In this document: positions 29,097 through 47,754 of the stretch, one piece after another
Layout of the letters: every line of letters begins with the position of its first letter
Numbering within the stretch: the first letter of the stretch is position 1
DNA from: the human T2T-CHM13v2.0 reference genome, Homo sapiens
Strand: one strand, 5' to 3'
Length of the DNA stretch: 64,000 nt
Assembly: GCF_009914755.1 (NCBI RefSeq)
Contig: NC_060929.1
Translations under genes and position numbers: made by a program
Notes under the pieces: generated by a model
What the model saw: the letters and a program-made list of their open reading frames with translations, nothing else
Told to the model about the DNA's origin: nothing
Databases searched by the model: none

Positions 29097-30576
29097 GTTA
29101 GTAAATTGCCTTTCTTGTTTGTGGGTATAAAAATAGGTAGTTATTCTGAGAAAAGAAAACATGTATAATTTAATGTGACACCATTGAAATATAGATGTTC
29201 TTTCAGAGAATTTAAATACCGTAATTTTTTTCGTGAAATTAAATTATCAAAGATTTGGACTATTTTGATTTTATCTAACTTTTAGGCAGTTAAAATTTAT
29301 AAAACTGTAAATATAGATACCTTACTTTAGCTGTCAGTTTACATATAATCAAATAGTTAACTTAATTTGGCTACTATCCAGTAAGTAAACTTTTTTATAG
29401 ATAATCCATAGTAAGAATTGATAATACACATTTACCTGTGTTTACTCCAGAAACCCCATTAAAGTGATAGTAAAAGGATACAATGAAAGAGGCATTAAGA
29501 CCAGGGAAGGTGACCACAGTAAAATCCGTGGAGCTGGAAAGCAGGTAAACAAGTGATAACATTCTAGCATATCAGAGAGGGTTGACCCATAAGGCAGCAA
29601 TAGGAATGAAAAGTCATGAAGCAACTAGATACCTCTGGGTGTGAGAGTAAAAAAGGGTTAAAAGCAGGAAGATATTTGAAAATCTGTTAAGAAGCAGATG
29701 GACTTTCCAGAACCTCCCTACAACCCTGTACAGCTAGGTGACTGCTCCTTTCCAATCCCAGCAAAAGATGAGAGCTTTCTCCTCTGAAGAGGTGGAGAGG
29801 GTAAACAAAGGGTCTTTGGTTAGGGGTCAACCTTGTTTAATTGAACGTGAGGGTATCATACGAAACACTGAATTACATGAAAATTTACCTACTGAATGCT
29901 GAAACCCCCACTGGCATCCAGGCTTATAATCTCCAGGCAAGTTTCTGGAAGGAACTTCTATAAGGAATGTGACTAACCCTGATTCTGCTGAGAGAACATT
30001 AAAAAGGGAGAAAAAAAATCAGAAGAATGTGACTAACCCAAGAAAAAAAACTTAAAGAGACTTAATGGAAAAATTCACCCAACAAAACAACCCACCTAGA
30101 TCACCCTATAGGGTAATATAGTTGACAAAATCCATTCTTCAGGCATAGAGCTTCATTTAACTTTTTCATAGATAGCCCGCTCTTAAATATGAGTGGACAC
30201 TAACTACCAGACAGTATAGATCATTCTAGGAAGGTTCAATATCCAAATAAAAGGAGTTCCAAAAAGAAAATGGAGAAACTGGAGACAGGAAATTAGAGAA
30301 ATAAATCAAAATTTCTCAGAAATTTTAACAAGGGGCTTAGTTTTCCAAAAAATTGGTCTCTCCAGTATCTAACATCATGTATAAGAATAATCCTACACTA
30401 AGACACATCATGAGGAAATTTCAAATCACTGGGGATAAAAAGAATATTCTAACAACCTTCTGGAGAAGGAAGAGAAAACAAATTTCACATAAAGGAACAG
30501 GAATGCAAATGCCTTTACATTTGTAAATAACAGCACTGGAAACTGGGAAGTAGGGTAGGCATTTCTTAAAACTTTT

Positions 30577-30945
<369 letters not shown>

Positions 30946-30979
30946 CTGTTAAAACTTTTAAAAGAAAATATGTGCAGCT

Positions 30980-32237
<1,258 letters not shown>

Positions 32238-34269
32238 TCTAGCCTTTAATCAAAGTGTTAAATTTGAGAGTGGAATAAAGACACTTTTAGATAGGCAAAG
32301 TGTCAAATACGTTTTTCTCATGCACCCTTTTCTGGAACCTATTAAAGGATATACTCAAGTGAAATCGAAATGTAAAGCAAGAAAAATGAATTTTTTCAAC
32401 TCAAGACCCAGGGGATATAATACAAGAGAAAGAGATGAGTGAAACTACAGAGTAAAGATGAAGGGACATCCTGAGATAAATGGTAAAGAAAGCAACCAGT
32501 CCATATTGAAACTATTGAGAGGATTCCAGGAGAGATTAAGTCCAAGAAGATGAAATCAGCAGAATACCTGCGGTTTCTGAATGTATTGAAGGGAAAGGAA
32601 ATTTACACAGTAGGAGAGAAGCTGAGCATCAGTCATATGTACCCAGAAACCCAAGTGAACAAAAAATAAAGATAACCTTTAACTCCATGGACAACAGGAA
32701 GTTGTAAAGGAAGGTGATTATAGTATACCATCTGCCAGCTATGATTAGAATTTCATAGTCAAAGTAATGTAAATAGTGGAAAATTTGTGTAACAATAAAG
32801 TGGAACTGAAATGAAGCATTCAACTGAAAAATGCAGAACTAGCCATTGAAGCAGGTTATTTGGAGATCGGAGGGGGTGAGTATCCCCCCTTCCCCAAAAA
32901 CTCAGCTGAAAGAGATTAGAAAGAAAGAGTTCTTTCAAAAAACATTTTCATCCATGTCTGGCTTTTTTAATATCTGAGGAACTTTGGATTTAGTACATCT
33001 GAATCTGAAATATGTAGAAACTTATTTGCTAAGTAGACAGTTTAAGTACAATGTGATAGTCATAATCCTAAAAGCAGTTTAACATGACTGTCTTAAGCAA
33101 ATATAAGTCAAATATTTGCAATTTAAAGAATGTGTTCATTTTTGCAATGGACTCTTTTTTTACCTGGCCCTTGGAAAGGGCCAGGAAAAAAAGCAGTATT
33201 TTTTTGCTCCTTTTCAGTTCTGTTGGTATTGATGTATGTAGCATTCTACTTATTATGACCTTTTTGGCTTTCTACTGAAGTTTTTATGTGTCTTTCATCC
33301 TTAAGCAAATTTGTTTTGGTCTATTTTTTAAATTATTTTTAAATAGGCAGTGTTTTGTTTTTAATTGAATAGCTTTAGTTACAGTTAGTTCTTTCCCCCC
33401 CATCTTTCTTGTATTCTGATTATTACTGTTTTGCTGCATCTAACAGGTTTTGATATTTCTAAATCAATAGTCACATTTTTTTCTAGTTGATTGAATCTTT
33501 TATTTATGTAATATAAAATAGCCCTCTATTTTATTTAATGCTGTTCACCTTCAATTTCATTGTAGTACCATTTATTAATAGTAATCCTCATTTTCCAGTA
33601 CTGTTACAAGTTTCAGGTTGGAAACTTGTTTGTGTTTCTTGTATCTGTTCAAAACTTTTTATTCATATTATTGGATTTAGGGCAGACTGTCTGCTACTAT
33701 GATCCAACCTCTTATTGCTTCCTTTTGTTATGATAATAGTTACATCAGTTGCATTATTCTGATAGTTTGTAAATGTAAGCCAAAGGAAGGTGCCATTTCA
33801 CATTTAAGAAAGAACAAAACCACTTTTTACAATTTTGCCGTTTGTGGTTTGTTTATTGCATTATTTTATTCTTCTAATGTAAGTTAGAGGGAGAAGCTAG
33901 AAGATGGAGAAAATTGGGGATTGGACACTTGCAAATTAGTTCATAGAGCAGTAGATATGAGAAAGGGAAAAGCTTCTGCCAAATAATTTCTCTATCATGA
34001 AGCATATTTCTTATAGCATTTTCTTTGGCTACCTGTATTATAACTCTGGTTTAAGGTCTAGATGCTGGACGTGATTTAAGTCTACTAATTATTACACATG
34101 ATTCAAAACTCAGAAGTTACATAAAGGTATGTGAGGCAACCAGTGCTGTGACTTTCTTGTGTGTTCTTCCAGACATAGTTTATTTATTAACAAGCAAGTA
34201 CATTGGGTGGAATGGGAGCTGTGAGGACAATGCAGTGTGTCTTAAAAGATAATAGCAAATGAAGAATAC

Positions 34270-35130
34270 TTACTAAAGTCACAGTATTCTTGCAACTCAT
34301 TAATAAAGATAAATACAACTCACCTTTTAAGTGGGCAAAAGATTTAAATAGGCATTTCACCACAGAAGGTATATATAGGAATGGCAAATAAGTACATGAA
34401 AATATGCTCAATCATTAAGGAAATGCAAATCAAAGCCCAAGTGAGATACTGCTTCACACCCATTATGATGGCTTTAATCATAAAGGCAATAATAAGCATT
34501 GACGAAGATGTGGAGAAGCAGGATCCCTCATTGCTGGTGGGAATTTAAATAGTACAGCCACCATTTTAAAACAGTTGAGTGATTCCTCAAAATATTAAAC
34601 ATATAGTTATGTGACTCAGCAATCTTACTCCTAGGTATCTGGCCAAGAGAAATGAAAATATATGTGTACACAAAGACTTAGACTTGTATGTTCATTCACT
34701 AGCAGCATTTTTTCATAATAGCCTCAAAGGAGAAGCAGTGCAAATGTGTATCAACTAGTGAATAAATAAACAAAATTTGTTATATCCCTTCAGTGGAATA
34801 TTATTCAGCAATTAAAAGTAAGTTACTGATGCAGAATTTATAACATGGATGAACCTCCAGAACATGCTAAGTAAAATAAGCCAGAGATATAAGTCCATTT
34901 ATATCAAATGTCCAGAAAAGGCAAAATTTCTAAAGACAAAAAGTACATTAGTGGTTGTCTGACTGTAAGTGGAAATGAGGATTAACTGTAAATGGACAGC
35001 AGGAATTTTATTGGAATGATGAAAATGTTCTAAAACTGGATTACAGCTGTGCTTGATAAATCTAAAAGTCATTTAATTGAACACTTAAAATGGATGGATT
35101 TTGTGATATTTAAATACCTCACCAAAATTT
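34270..35130 (+). mobile_element. L1MB/ME-type 3' end
   Basis: gggcaaaagatttaaataggcatttcac...cattgctggtgggaat...gactcagcaatcttactcctaggtat...acatggatgaacctc. Confidence 0.8.
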
Positions 35131-35493
35131 TTTTTCAAGTTCTATCACCTAGAGTAGAAAACCTTGGAGAAGTTGTAAAGCAACTATGGAAATGAGGAAA
35201 CTAGTTAGAATTAATCTTTCATAATAGTGAACAACCACTTCTTTTGTCTTCAGTGTATCGAAGCGTGCAGGCAGGCCTGTAGCCTAGGATCAGTGAAAGA
35301 ATAAAAAAAAGTAATTAGGAAAGAGGAGGGAGGAAAGAAAATGAAGATAGTAAATGTTAAATGGTAGTTTGGGTTGGAATTGCCTGGGTTGGAATTCCAG
35401 CTCTGACTCTGCCATTTACTAGATATGTGACTGAAAACAAGTTACTTATATTCTCTGTGCCTCCATCTCTTTATCTATAAAATGGGGATAATG

Positions 35494-35770
35494 GCCGGGC
35501 ACTGTGGCTCATGCCTGTAATCCCAGCACTTTGGGAAACTGAGGTGGGCAGATCACCTGAGGTCAGGAGTTCAAGACCAACCTAACCAACATGGTGAAAC
35601 CCTGTCTCTACTAAAAATACAAAACATAACCAGCATGGTGGTGGGCGCCTGTAATCCCAGCTACTTGGGAGGCTGAGGCATGAGAATCGTTTGAGCCGAG
35701 ATTGCGCCATTGCACTCCAGCCTGGGTGACAGGGCGAGACTCTGTCTCAAAAAAAAAAAAAAAAAAAAAA
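35494..35770 (+). mobile_element. Alu (S-like, short right-arm deletion), next to a MIR (~35360-35490) and L2 fragments (~35780-36750)
   Basis: Sense Alu with A tail; gagaatcgtt joins directly to tgagccgag. Confidence 0.85.
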
Positions 35771-37844
35771 GGCACTTTAATATTACTCAACATATTCAAA
35801 ACATAATTAATGATCTGTTCCTCCTAAGCCCTCTTTACTACCCCACCTTGCAGCAAAAAACCTTCATCCTCCCTCAGTATTACCTATCTCTGTGAGGAGT
35901 AGCACCATCATTATTGAATTGTGTGAGCTAAGGAACGTAGGAGTAATACTCCACACCAAACCTCTTCCTCCACTCCCCATATCCTGTCAGCGAACCCGAT
36001 CAGATTTACCTCTATGTCTCCACTTCTTTTATCTCTGTCACTGCTTCCCTAGTGCATAGTGCCACTGTCTCACACTTATATTAATACATTAGCCTCCTAA
36101 CTGGTCTTTCCTATGTTTCCTCCCTACTTAGACCATTTAAAATTTGACTTAAAAAATAAAATTTACTTGCAACTTTATCCATTAATATATTAGTATTAAT
36201 TATGTGGGGGCAATCATGCAGTGGCCTCACTGTAACTTGCAAGTAGAAAAGGCAAGAATGCCATCTAAGAATCGCAGAAAAAGGCATTAAAATTTAAATT
36301 TTTTTATCATATTCTTTTTGTTCTACTTTCCTCCTTATTTTTGGTGCTTCATCCACACCATGATTCGTTGACACGCTAAAACAAGCCACACTCCCTCCTA
36401 CCCTGGGTCCTCTGCATGTGATCTGTTTTACCCAGAACACTCATCCTCTACTCCTCCCCTTTGCCTAGTTAACTCCTATTTACTCTTCAAGTCTTTACTC
36501 AAACAGCACTTCCCAAGAGAGCTCTTCCAAACCTCCAGAGTATATCATATCTCTCTGTTATATATATTTACAGCACCTTGTACCCTTCTTTCATGGCATT
36601 TGTCAGTTTTACCTTTATTATTTCTGTCATTATTTGACAGTGTCCCTGACTAAACTGTAAGGTCCAAGAGAGCATAGAACAATGTCTAGTTTTGCTAGCA
36701 CTGTATTCCCCAGCATCTATTGCAAGTAACTAACATAGTAGATGGTCAGTAATTTTCTTTAAATATGTTGACATCTTCACTTACGTTAGTGTCAAATCTT
36801 TGTGGTCTTAGATTCATTTTGTCTCTAGGTTGACTTTATGTATGTATATCTATTCTTGTGGATTCCATTAAATTCTATAGCATGATTTTCAGATGGTACT
36901 AATTATTCTTATATTTCTGGATTACTGAGTGCTACCTCACTTTTGCCAGCATATAACTGATACTAGTTTATTGATGGAAATGTTGCATATAAATTAAATT
37001 TTTAAGTCACATTTTTTAAATGATCTAGGAAAGCTTGATGTTTAAAGAAATTACGTTAGGAATCATTTTGTAGTTTAATTATCCACTGTTAGGTCAGATT
37101 TTTAATGTATAATTTTTATTTTAGATATTTTTTTCCTAGAACAAGCATATAGGTGTTTCTATAAATGACCGTGAGAAATTCTTTTATTTCTTTAATTTTG
37201 TGGTGGTATTTTTATAAAGTGACTGCTTTGTGCTAGGGATAATCTATCTTGAAATGACTGCTTTTACTGGATGTAATCTGTCATTTTAATTTCCTGTTAA
37301 CAGATGGTGGTTGCATTAGAAAAGGCTTTGGGTTTTATTCATATCAGAAGCTAAGAGCCTATCATTTTATTTCACCTAACTTTTATTAGAAGATATACAT
37401 ATATATATATATATTCTATGTGAAAATATACCTAAGTAGAAGATATTTGTAAGCTTAGGTAATAGTTTAACTGTTGTATTTGCAGCTCCATTAAATGTCA
37501 GAATCATGTGTCCTTGCAGAAAAGATAGTTATTTGTTCTACTTGGGTTATGTTCCTGATAGTAATGTGAGCGCAGCTGGTAGAGGATGGCATTCCTGTGA
37601 GTCTCAGAAAATCCTTTGTCTCGTGCAGCTCTAATGCTCAAGGGACACACTTCACTTTCCCCTTACCGAGATAGTCGACCGCCAATCGTACTGGAGGTTA
37701 TGAAGTGTAATACACAGTTCCATGCCTTTATCAGTCTGTATAATTGATGCATTCAGAGCTTTAAAGCAAAAAAAGAAAAAAAGCCTTGGGCTAAGAAAGC
37801 CTACACCATTTTTGCATGTACTGATGTTAACTCCATCTTAACAG

Positions 37845-37949
37845 AGGTCATCTCAGAACAAGCATGAAACCGGCTCACATGATGCTGAGCGGCAGAATGA
37901 AGGTCAAGGAGTGGGAGAAATCAACATGGCAACTTCTGGTAATGGTCAG
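37845..37949 (+). CDS. APC: APC coding exon 7 (c.730-834, 105 nt): RSSQNKHETGSHDAERQNEGQGVGEINMATSGNGQ
   Basis: catcttaacag|AGGTCA ... GGTCAG|gtaaat. Confidence 0.98.
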
Positions 37950-40946
37950 GTAAATAAATTATTTTATCATATTTTTTAAAATTATTTAAATATCAGAAAA
38001 GTATGAAGCAAGATGGTTCTAAGAATGATCTATAAATCTTACCTATTTTCTTAGTCCTGAATGCATATTTCCAGAAGCATTCAGTACCAATGTGCTGTCA
38101 TTTCTCTTTATTATATCAGCAATAATGCTGTAAGGATTTTCTAGATCTATTTCTATAGCTATAGATTGTGTGTTTATGTTTTAGTCTAAAATGATTGTGA
38201 GTAGTTTTTTTTAATAACTCTAAGCTGCATTTTGATTATGTATATGATTTGACCTAGTTATTTTTGCTTGCCTTGAATAGGTTTGCTCTTTCACTAAGAC
38301 CTTCAATGTAAAGACATTTTTATGGTTTTTTTTAAAGTTATAAAGGCTTTATTTCCTGTTGTACTTAAAGATTATATAAATCTAGAAATCCAAGTCTTAC
38401 TGAAAAAGATAATTGTAATGCACACAAAAAAGTAAGGCAACATGGCCTAATTATGCTTAATATTACCACATCATTTTCAGCAAAATTATGAAAGTAAACT
38501 TTTTTTTTTTACATACAGAACTGTTATTTGTTATGCTACCATCCGTTATCTTATTAGATTTTTATTGAAATACAGTGCAATAGGACAGAATTTTTCTTTA
38601 GGGTGTTCTGTATTCTCCAAATTTTCTTCAATGAATATTTTTAGAGTGTAAATGAATGACTTTTTAAAAACAGAATTTCACTAAATTGTTCTTAAAGGTA
38701 ATTTTTCTACTGTTGATACAGAAAATTTTCTTAGTCTCTCTAGGTTACTTTTGATAGTATTGTTTTTAAGAATATGCTTCTATTAGTTCATTAAAATGTA
38801 AAGCTTAAAATGTCTTATTAAGTATTTAAATTTATTTTACTGAGTTAAAACAAACATACTTCATTCAGTATTACTAGTTAGCATTATATTGGAAAACAAG
38901 TGGTAAATTAGGACAAAGGCAATCATGTTTAAACAGCACATTTGAGTTATGTATCTGTCTTTTGTTTAGGGAATTAGTTGCAACATTTATATATTCCTAC
39001 ACATATGTAGAAGGAAGAAAAATTTAATCCTATATGACAGAAAAAAATATTTACATAGGAATAGATCTACTCGTAGTGCTTTGGGTCATCTTCCAATTAT
39101 TATGTACTTTGGAAACCTTACCTATCCAGTAAGCTGGCTATGATAAATTGGATCCATATTACACTTACTACATCAAAATAAATTCTAAGTAGATTAGATT
39201 TAATGTCAAAATGAAAATCATTAAAAATATAAAAAGATTAGAAGAAAATGTGGGTAGCGTTTTTATAATCATGATGTAGGTGGGAGACCCATAAAGAAAG
39301 GATTGATAGATTTCACGTTACAGCATGAGACTTCAGTATGCCAGGAAATCATAGCGAGATTCCAAAACAAACAACCAAGATCACATTATTTGCAAACATT
39401 TATGACGTGTAAAAAGTTAAAATTCAAGATGCAAAAAACAGTATTTATATACCAGCTATTTAAAGAGTATCTTAAAATGGTTCCAAGCCATCGTAGAAGT
39501 AAAAAAATAAATAATAATTTTAAAAATAAAATTAAAATGGGCAAAGGATATGAACAGGAAATAAAAGAAGAAATTAAAATGACTTGTAAACATGGAAAGA
39601 TGATCAACTTTACTAATCATGATATATAAATACAAATTAAAACTAAAGTCAGATTTCGTGGGGGGGCCATTTAGTTGGCAAAAATCAATAACACTCAGTA
39701 ATGGTGAGCAAACAGGCATTCTCATATGTTGCTTTTAATTGTATGACATGAAACAGCCTTTCTGGAGAGCAATTTTGTCAAATGCATCTAGCATTATTTA
39801 TAATGTGCCTGTTGTGAAGCTCATCACTACAACATCTAAGATTTTTTGCTAATGAGATAATCAGTCAAGAGTGATCAGACATGTTTGAAGAGATTCATCA
39901 TAATACTAACAATAGCAAAAAGTTAGAAATAACCTAAATGGACATTGATCGTAAAATGGTTAAATTATTAGTCAGCTGTAGATTAGTTAAGTGGCTCTGG
40001 AGTCAACAAACCTGGGAAATCACACTCCCTCACTAACTAGCTTAGTAACAAAAAGTCTCTGAGCTTTAGTGTTTCCTCTTTAGTAAAATAAGATGATGAT
40101 AAAACCTCTACCTCATAGAACAGTTGGGAGAGTTAAATGCAAGATACCCTTAACACAGTCCCTGGCATATTGTCAGAGCTTAGTAAAAGGTAACCGATTC
40201 TGTTGTTAACAAGTGTTAATAATTATCTTTAAATTAACAAATATGCCAGATACTGTGTTGGACTCTAGAATTGATAATTGAAAAGGACAGACAGTCCTTG
40301 GCCTCATGGAACCTATATGGTGCATCCATGCAAATATTAAAAATGATAAATTACATCTCTATTTATGTAAAGATCTAATTTTTAGCCTTCAATTGTTGCC
40401 TTTTCTAGTATATCCTTCATATTATAATCAGTTATTCTTCTAAAACATGAATCTGATTATATCACTTATTTGTTTAAACCTTTCAGTGGCTACTCACCTC
40501 CCATATATTAGAATCCAGATTCTTCATGTTGCTTACTCTTCCAAGAGTATCTCACAATATTTGCCCACATTTCTCACCACTCCCTCAACTTCAACTTCTT
40601 CAGTTCCTTGAGTGTGTCCAGGCCTTCCACAGGACATTCCTTTGGTCTAAAACTGTCTTCTGCTTCAGTTCATATTATATGTTTTACTCATCCTTCCCCA
40701 CCGTTTAAATGTCACTTCTTCCTGGACATTTTCCTTGTCTCCACCTACCTGGAATAAATAAAGTACTCTTTGATACGCTGTATTCCTGCTCTCATAGTGC
40801 TTAGCACAATTTATCATTGGTTTAATTGTCTTCCTTCCTTCTTAAAGTCCTTTAAGCCACACCTGCTCCTCACTGTATGCCAGCCAACTAATATGTACCT
40901 GGCAGAGAGCATTTATGTTGAATATTAATAAATATTATTGACTTAG

Positions 40947-41243
<297 letters not shown>

Positions 41244-41277
41244 AATTACAACTTTTTTAATTTAAAAATAGCAAGTA

Positions 41278-41585
41278 TGCTGGGCATGGTGGCTCACACC
41301 TATAATCCCAACACTTAGGGAGGCCAAGCGGGAAGGATTGCTTCAGGGTAGAAGTTCGAGTTCAACCTGGGCAACATAGGGAGACTTTGCCTCTGCAAAA
41401 AAAAATAAAAATTAGCCGTGTGTGGTAGTCCCAGCTACTTGGGAGGCCGTGTGGGAGGATCACTTGAGCCTGGGAGGTCAAGGCTGCAGTGGGCTATGAT
41501 CATGCCACTGCATTCCAGCCTGGGTAACAAGGCAAAAAATATTTTTTTTAATTTTTATTTTTTGTCTAAAAAATAAAAAAAAAAA
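41278..41585 (+). mobile_element. Alu (J-like)
   Basis: Sense Alu. Confidence 0.85.
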
Positions 41586-43117
41586 CTTAAAAGCAAGTAA
41601 GTATGATCTCATTATACATATGTATAATGTGTGTATATGCATAGAGAAATGTGTGGGAGAATGTTCTTTAAACTGTTATCAATAGTTATCTCTGAGTGTT
41701 GGGATTTTTGTGGGTTTTACTTATTCTTTTGTGTGTCGTTTTATTTTTTGTAATGAACATGTATTACTATAATTTATAACACCCAAAACCCATTTTCATT
41801 TTGGGAAAATAGAAGAAAGCACTGTCTTGATTTCCGTTGTATGGTAGTTTAGGTTGCCATACTTCAGAGTCCTACCATGACATACATCATGTCATTTATG
41901 TCAGTATAGGGATGGCAGAGGAAAAGATCTATTGAAAATAGTAAATCAGGGCCCGGTATTCATTCCTCCTTTAAGTGATGAACTCTGATAGTGCTGTGAA
42001 TTCAGAGGTAAACATAAGTATGTTTGTTTAGCAGTAGCAATCATAGACTTGCCCACCATATTGGTGTTTGTATGACACTAATGCTGCTAATACTATCTGG
42101 TTACTTTCAGTCACTGTTTTAAAACAATATTGCAGCTATTCCCAGATCCTGATGTAGATGTGTGACCTGTATCTGTGGGACTGTGATTTGTTATTCCAAA
42201 AGTCCTTTCATCTAAATAGGATCTATACACATGATCGCCTCTTGGGGTTTATTAGTTTGTTTTGTTTTATTATTTGCTCAAAAGACAAAAGCCACCAACA
42301 CTAGTTGAAAATGAAAATCAGTCTCTGACTTTCTCAGGATCACAGTAGCATGCTCTGCCAAAGTTCTGTCCTAGAGTAATTCTCTTCACCACCACGTGGG
42401 AATGTATTCTACCGCTTCTCTCACCTGGTTTCCTGCCCACAATCATTCTCTTTGAAAAATCCTTCATTGGCTTCCCTTGATTCTTAGAAAAATGATAACC
42501 ATTTATTGTGACCCAGGTAACCTGGCCCCTACCTATCTTGTCAGCTTTATGTCACATCTTGCTCTCACACCTCCACACTGGCCTTCTCTCAGTACCTCAT
42601 ATTTACTGGGCCTTCTCCTACCACAGCCTGTGCACATCTATACCTGTTCCATGTAGTGTTTGTTTCATCCCATTTTGCTCAGTTAACACCAGTTCATGTG
42701 TGTCTGAGCTTAAGCACCAGTTTCTCAGAGAGGCTCGAACAGATCAAATCTCACTACCATAGGCTGTCACAGCATGTTCCTCTCGTTTGAAGACTACTAC
42801 ATTTGCAGTTTTACATTAATTTGTGTGATGACTTGATTAATATTTGTGTTTCCCCCACTAGACTGTAAGCTCCAGAAAGGCAGGGATTCTATCTAGTTTT
42901 GTTATTTTCATACCCACACAGTCCCTGATAAATAGTAGATAACAATAAATATGTGGTGTGTGTAATATCCCTGCTAAAGAAAGGGTTTCTTGATCTGTTT
43001 TTAATCTCTCATGGAAGTTAAATGGAAGGAAAAGCTTAGGAGTAAATTATACAGGCCAGATCCCTGCTTGCTTAGCATATAACTATGTGTATAATTTATT
43101 TATTAGTTGGTTCTCAA

Positions 43118-43800
<683 letters not shown>

Positions 43801-44425
43801 TCAGAGTGTTTCTATGGCAATTACAGTTTGACAGTTTACTGTGGTAATTGTATTTTAGGGAGTTCTGGGTTTTTGTAATTTGTTATTTGGGGAATTTAAG
43901 AAATTAGTTTTTCCAGTACCCTTTATTCTTTTTATACGTTACATTGTTACTTGTGAATCAGCCATATATAATTTTTATATAAACAATATTTTTATACTAT
44001 ACAACTTACTCTTGTCATTTAATAATACTTTGAGATATCTTTTCCTATCTATATGTGGTTTATAGATATGGAAGTTTTTAATCCATTTTTCTTTCACTAT
44101 TTTTTCTTTTTTTCAAGCAACCTAAGCTTTTCTATTTGAAATTTAGAACCAGGTCTCTGGTAATAGCCAGTATATAATAATAAAGCTCAATTAAAAGTGG
44201 GAAAAAGATGGAATGATAGAAAAACCCACTCTACTGCCACTGGTTTTTAAAACTTTTTCTTATGGAAAATTTTAAACATTTACAAAGACAATAATGTAGT
44301 GATTCATATCGACATGTAACCTATTCACCTTAACCTCCCATTTTATTTTTTAAGAAGATTCCAGGCATCATCATCACTTCTTCCCTGTTTCACTGTGTAT
44401 TTACAAAAGATAAAAGTACTTATTA

Positions 44426-44761
<336 letters not shown>

Positions 44762-45009
44762 TTATTACATCTCCAAAGACTCTAACAGTAATTGTTTAAT
44801 AGCATCATTTATCCAGTCAGTATTCAAACTTGCAGTTGTTTCATAAATGTCTTTTTCACAGTTTATTTGCCTCAGGGTCCAGATAAGGTCCGTGAATAGG
44901 AATTAGTATATCTCTGATATCTGTTCTAATCTGTATGTTCCTTCTTTTTGTTTTACGGCCATTTAGTTATTGAAGAACTAAAGTTGTTTTTCTTTTTTCT
45001 TTATGGTTT

Positions 45010-45275
45010 TCTGGGGTTTTGTTTTTGTTTTTGTTTTTTTAGTCAGGATCTCACTCTCGCCTGGACTAGAGTGCAGTGGCAAAGCTCACTGCAGCCTTGA
45101 ACTCCTGGGCTTAAGCGATCCTCTCGAGTAGCTGGTGCTATAGGCACTCACCACCATGCCCTAGGCCTCCCTCTGTTCCCCAGGCTGGTCTTGAACTCAA
45201 ACTGATCTCAAGCAGTCCTCCTGCCTCAGCCTCCTGAGTTGCTGGGATTACAGGTTTGAGCCATCATGCCTGGCT
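45010..45275 (-). mobile_element. Alu (J-like, deleted)
   Basis: Degenerate antisense Alu. Confidence 0.75.
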
Positions 45276-45571
45276 TCCAAATGTTTTTTTTATAGAGTGT
45301 CCCATACTCTAGTTTTTGCTGATGACTCCCCATGATATACTTCAACATGTTTCTTTATCATCTGTATGTCCTATAAATTGGTAGATTTCAGTATCTGAGA
45401 ATATTCAAGAAGTAGAATCAGTCAAGCTTAGGGATTGGATATGAGTGTTTAGGGGGAAGGAGAAGTCGAGAATTACTCGCAGGTTTCTGTTAGGCAGCTA
45501 GAAGGGTAGTGATGCAATTTAGTAATAATGCTAGATGAGAAGGAGGTTTGTGAGAGAAAATAATGAGTCTA

Positions 45572-45930
<359 letters not shown>

Positions 45931-46287
45931 CACACAAAGTAGAAATGTGAGGTAGGCTATTAGATTTGGAATTGAGAGGAAAGGTAAAGAATTGGTAATT
46001 AAAGGTATTAAAGATTTTTACATCCCCAATGAGTATACAGTGAGAAGATGAATACCTAGCCTAAAATTCCAAAGCAGTAGAATAATATTGTTACAACAAA
46101 GAGGGAACAGTTAACAGTTTCCACCATTGACATGAGGACTAAAAAATCACCTTGGGTTTCACCAAAAAAAAAAAAAAAAAAGTTCATTGCTGATCTTGTC
46201 AAATGCAATTCCTTGGGCCTTCTTTCCTACTATATTATATTGGAGTGAGTTGAAGTTAAATGGAAGGTTAAAAAGTAGAAGAGAGCA

Positions 46288-46591
<304 letters not shown>

Positions 46592-47355
46592 CTAACTGTA
46601 AAGATGTCTAGATGTGAACTGCCCAAGAGAGAAAAGATCGTTAACTGATACAGACTATAAGTTTGAGAGAAAATTTATTTCTGTTTTTAAGATAGAAAAG
46701 ATGAGGATGTTTGAATGCTGATGGGAAGGAGCCAGTAGAGAAGAGAGTTGAAGATCCCTAAGATCAAAGAGAAATGGAGAGAGAAAGGATCCAGAGCACA
46801 TCTAAAGGGATGGACCTTAGATAGGAGGAGGGGAACTCTGATGTCACAGCAAAAGGTGGCGATGGATATATACGCAGGTAATTTTAAGGTTCTGGTTAGC
46901 AAGAAGTTGAGGAAATTTTGTCTGTTGGCTATTTTTTCTATAAAGTAGAAGGTAAAGTTATATGCAGTAAGAGAAGAAGAGCCACGGTTTTATATGATAC
47001 AAAATGAGGCATATCAAAAATAGCCAAAGAAAGGAGAGCTGACAAGGGAAACAAAAAGATGGCAGGTATAGCACGGAGAGTCTAGGTGTATTGGTGACCA
47101 TAAATGTATATCGACAGCATCCTAAAGAGTTACGTAAGTTTCTCACATGCTCAAATTTCTCTAATGCTGCCTGGCACTTCATGTCAGGGTGTAGAGAAAA
47201 CAGACAGTTGGATTCATCTGTGATTGCAATGTTTCCAGACAAATGGGGTGGAATAAGTGCAGGGCAAAGCTGTTAAAAGCTAGCAAGAGAATTATGAAAG
47301 TGATAACCACAAGAAATCCAACCTGAAATACATGCTGGATTTGCTAGTCATTTCA

Positions 47356-47754
<399 letters not shown>

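Noticed and set aside
39303-39725. 108-aa lysine-rich ORF and antisense ORFs
   Set aside because: They lie in degraded A-rich L1-like sequence and are a composition artefact.
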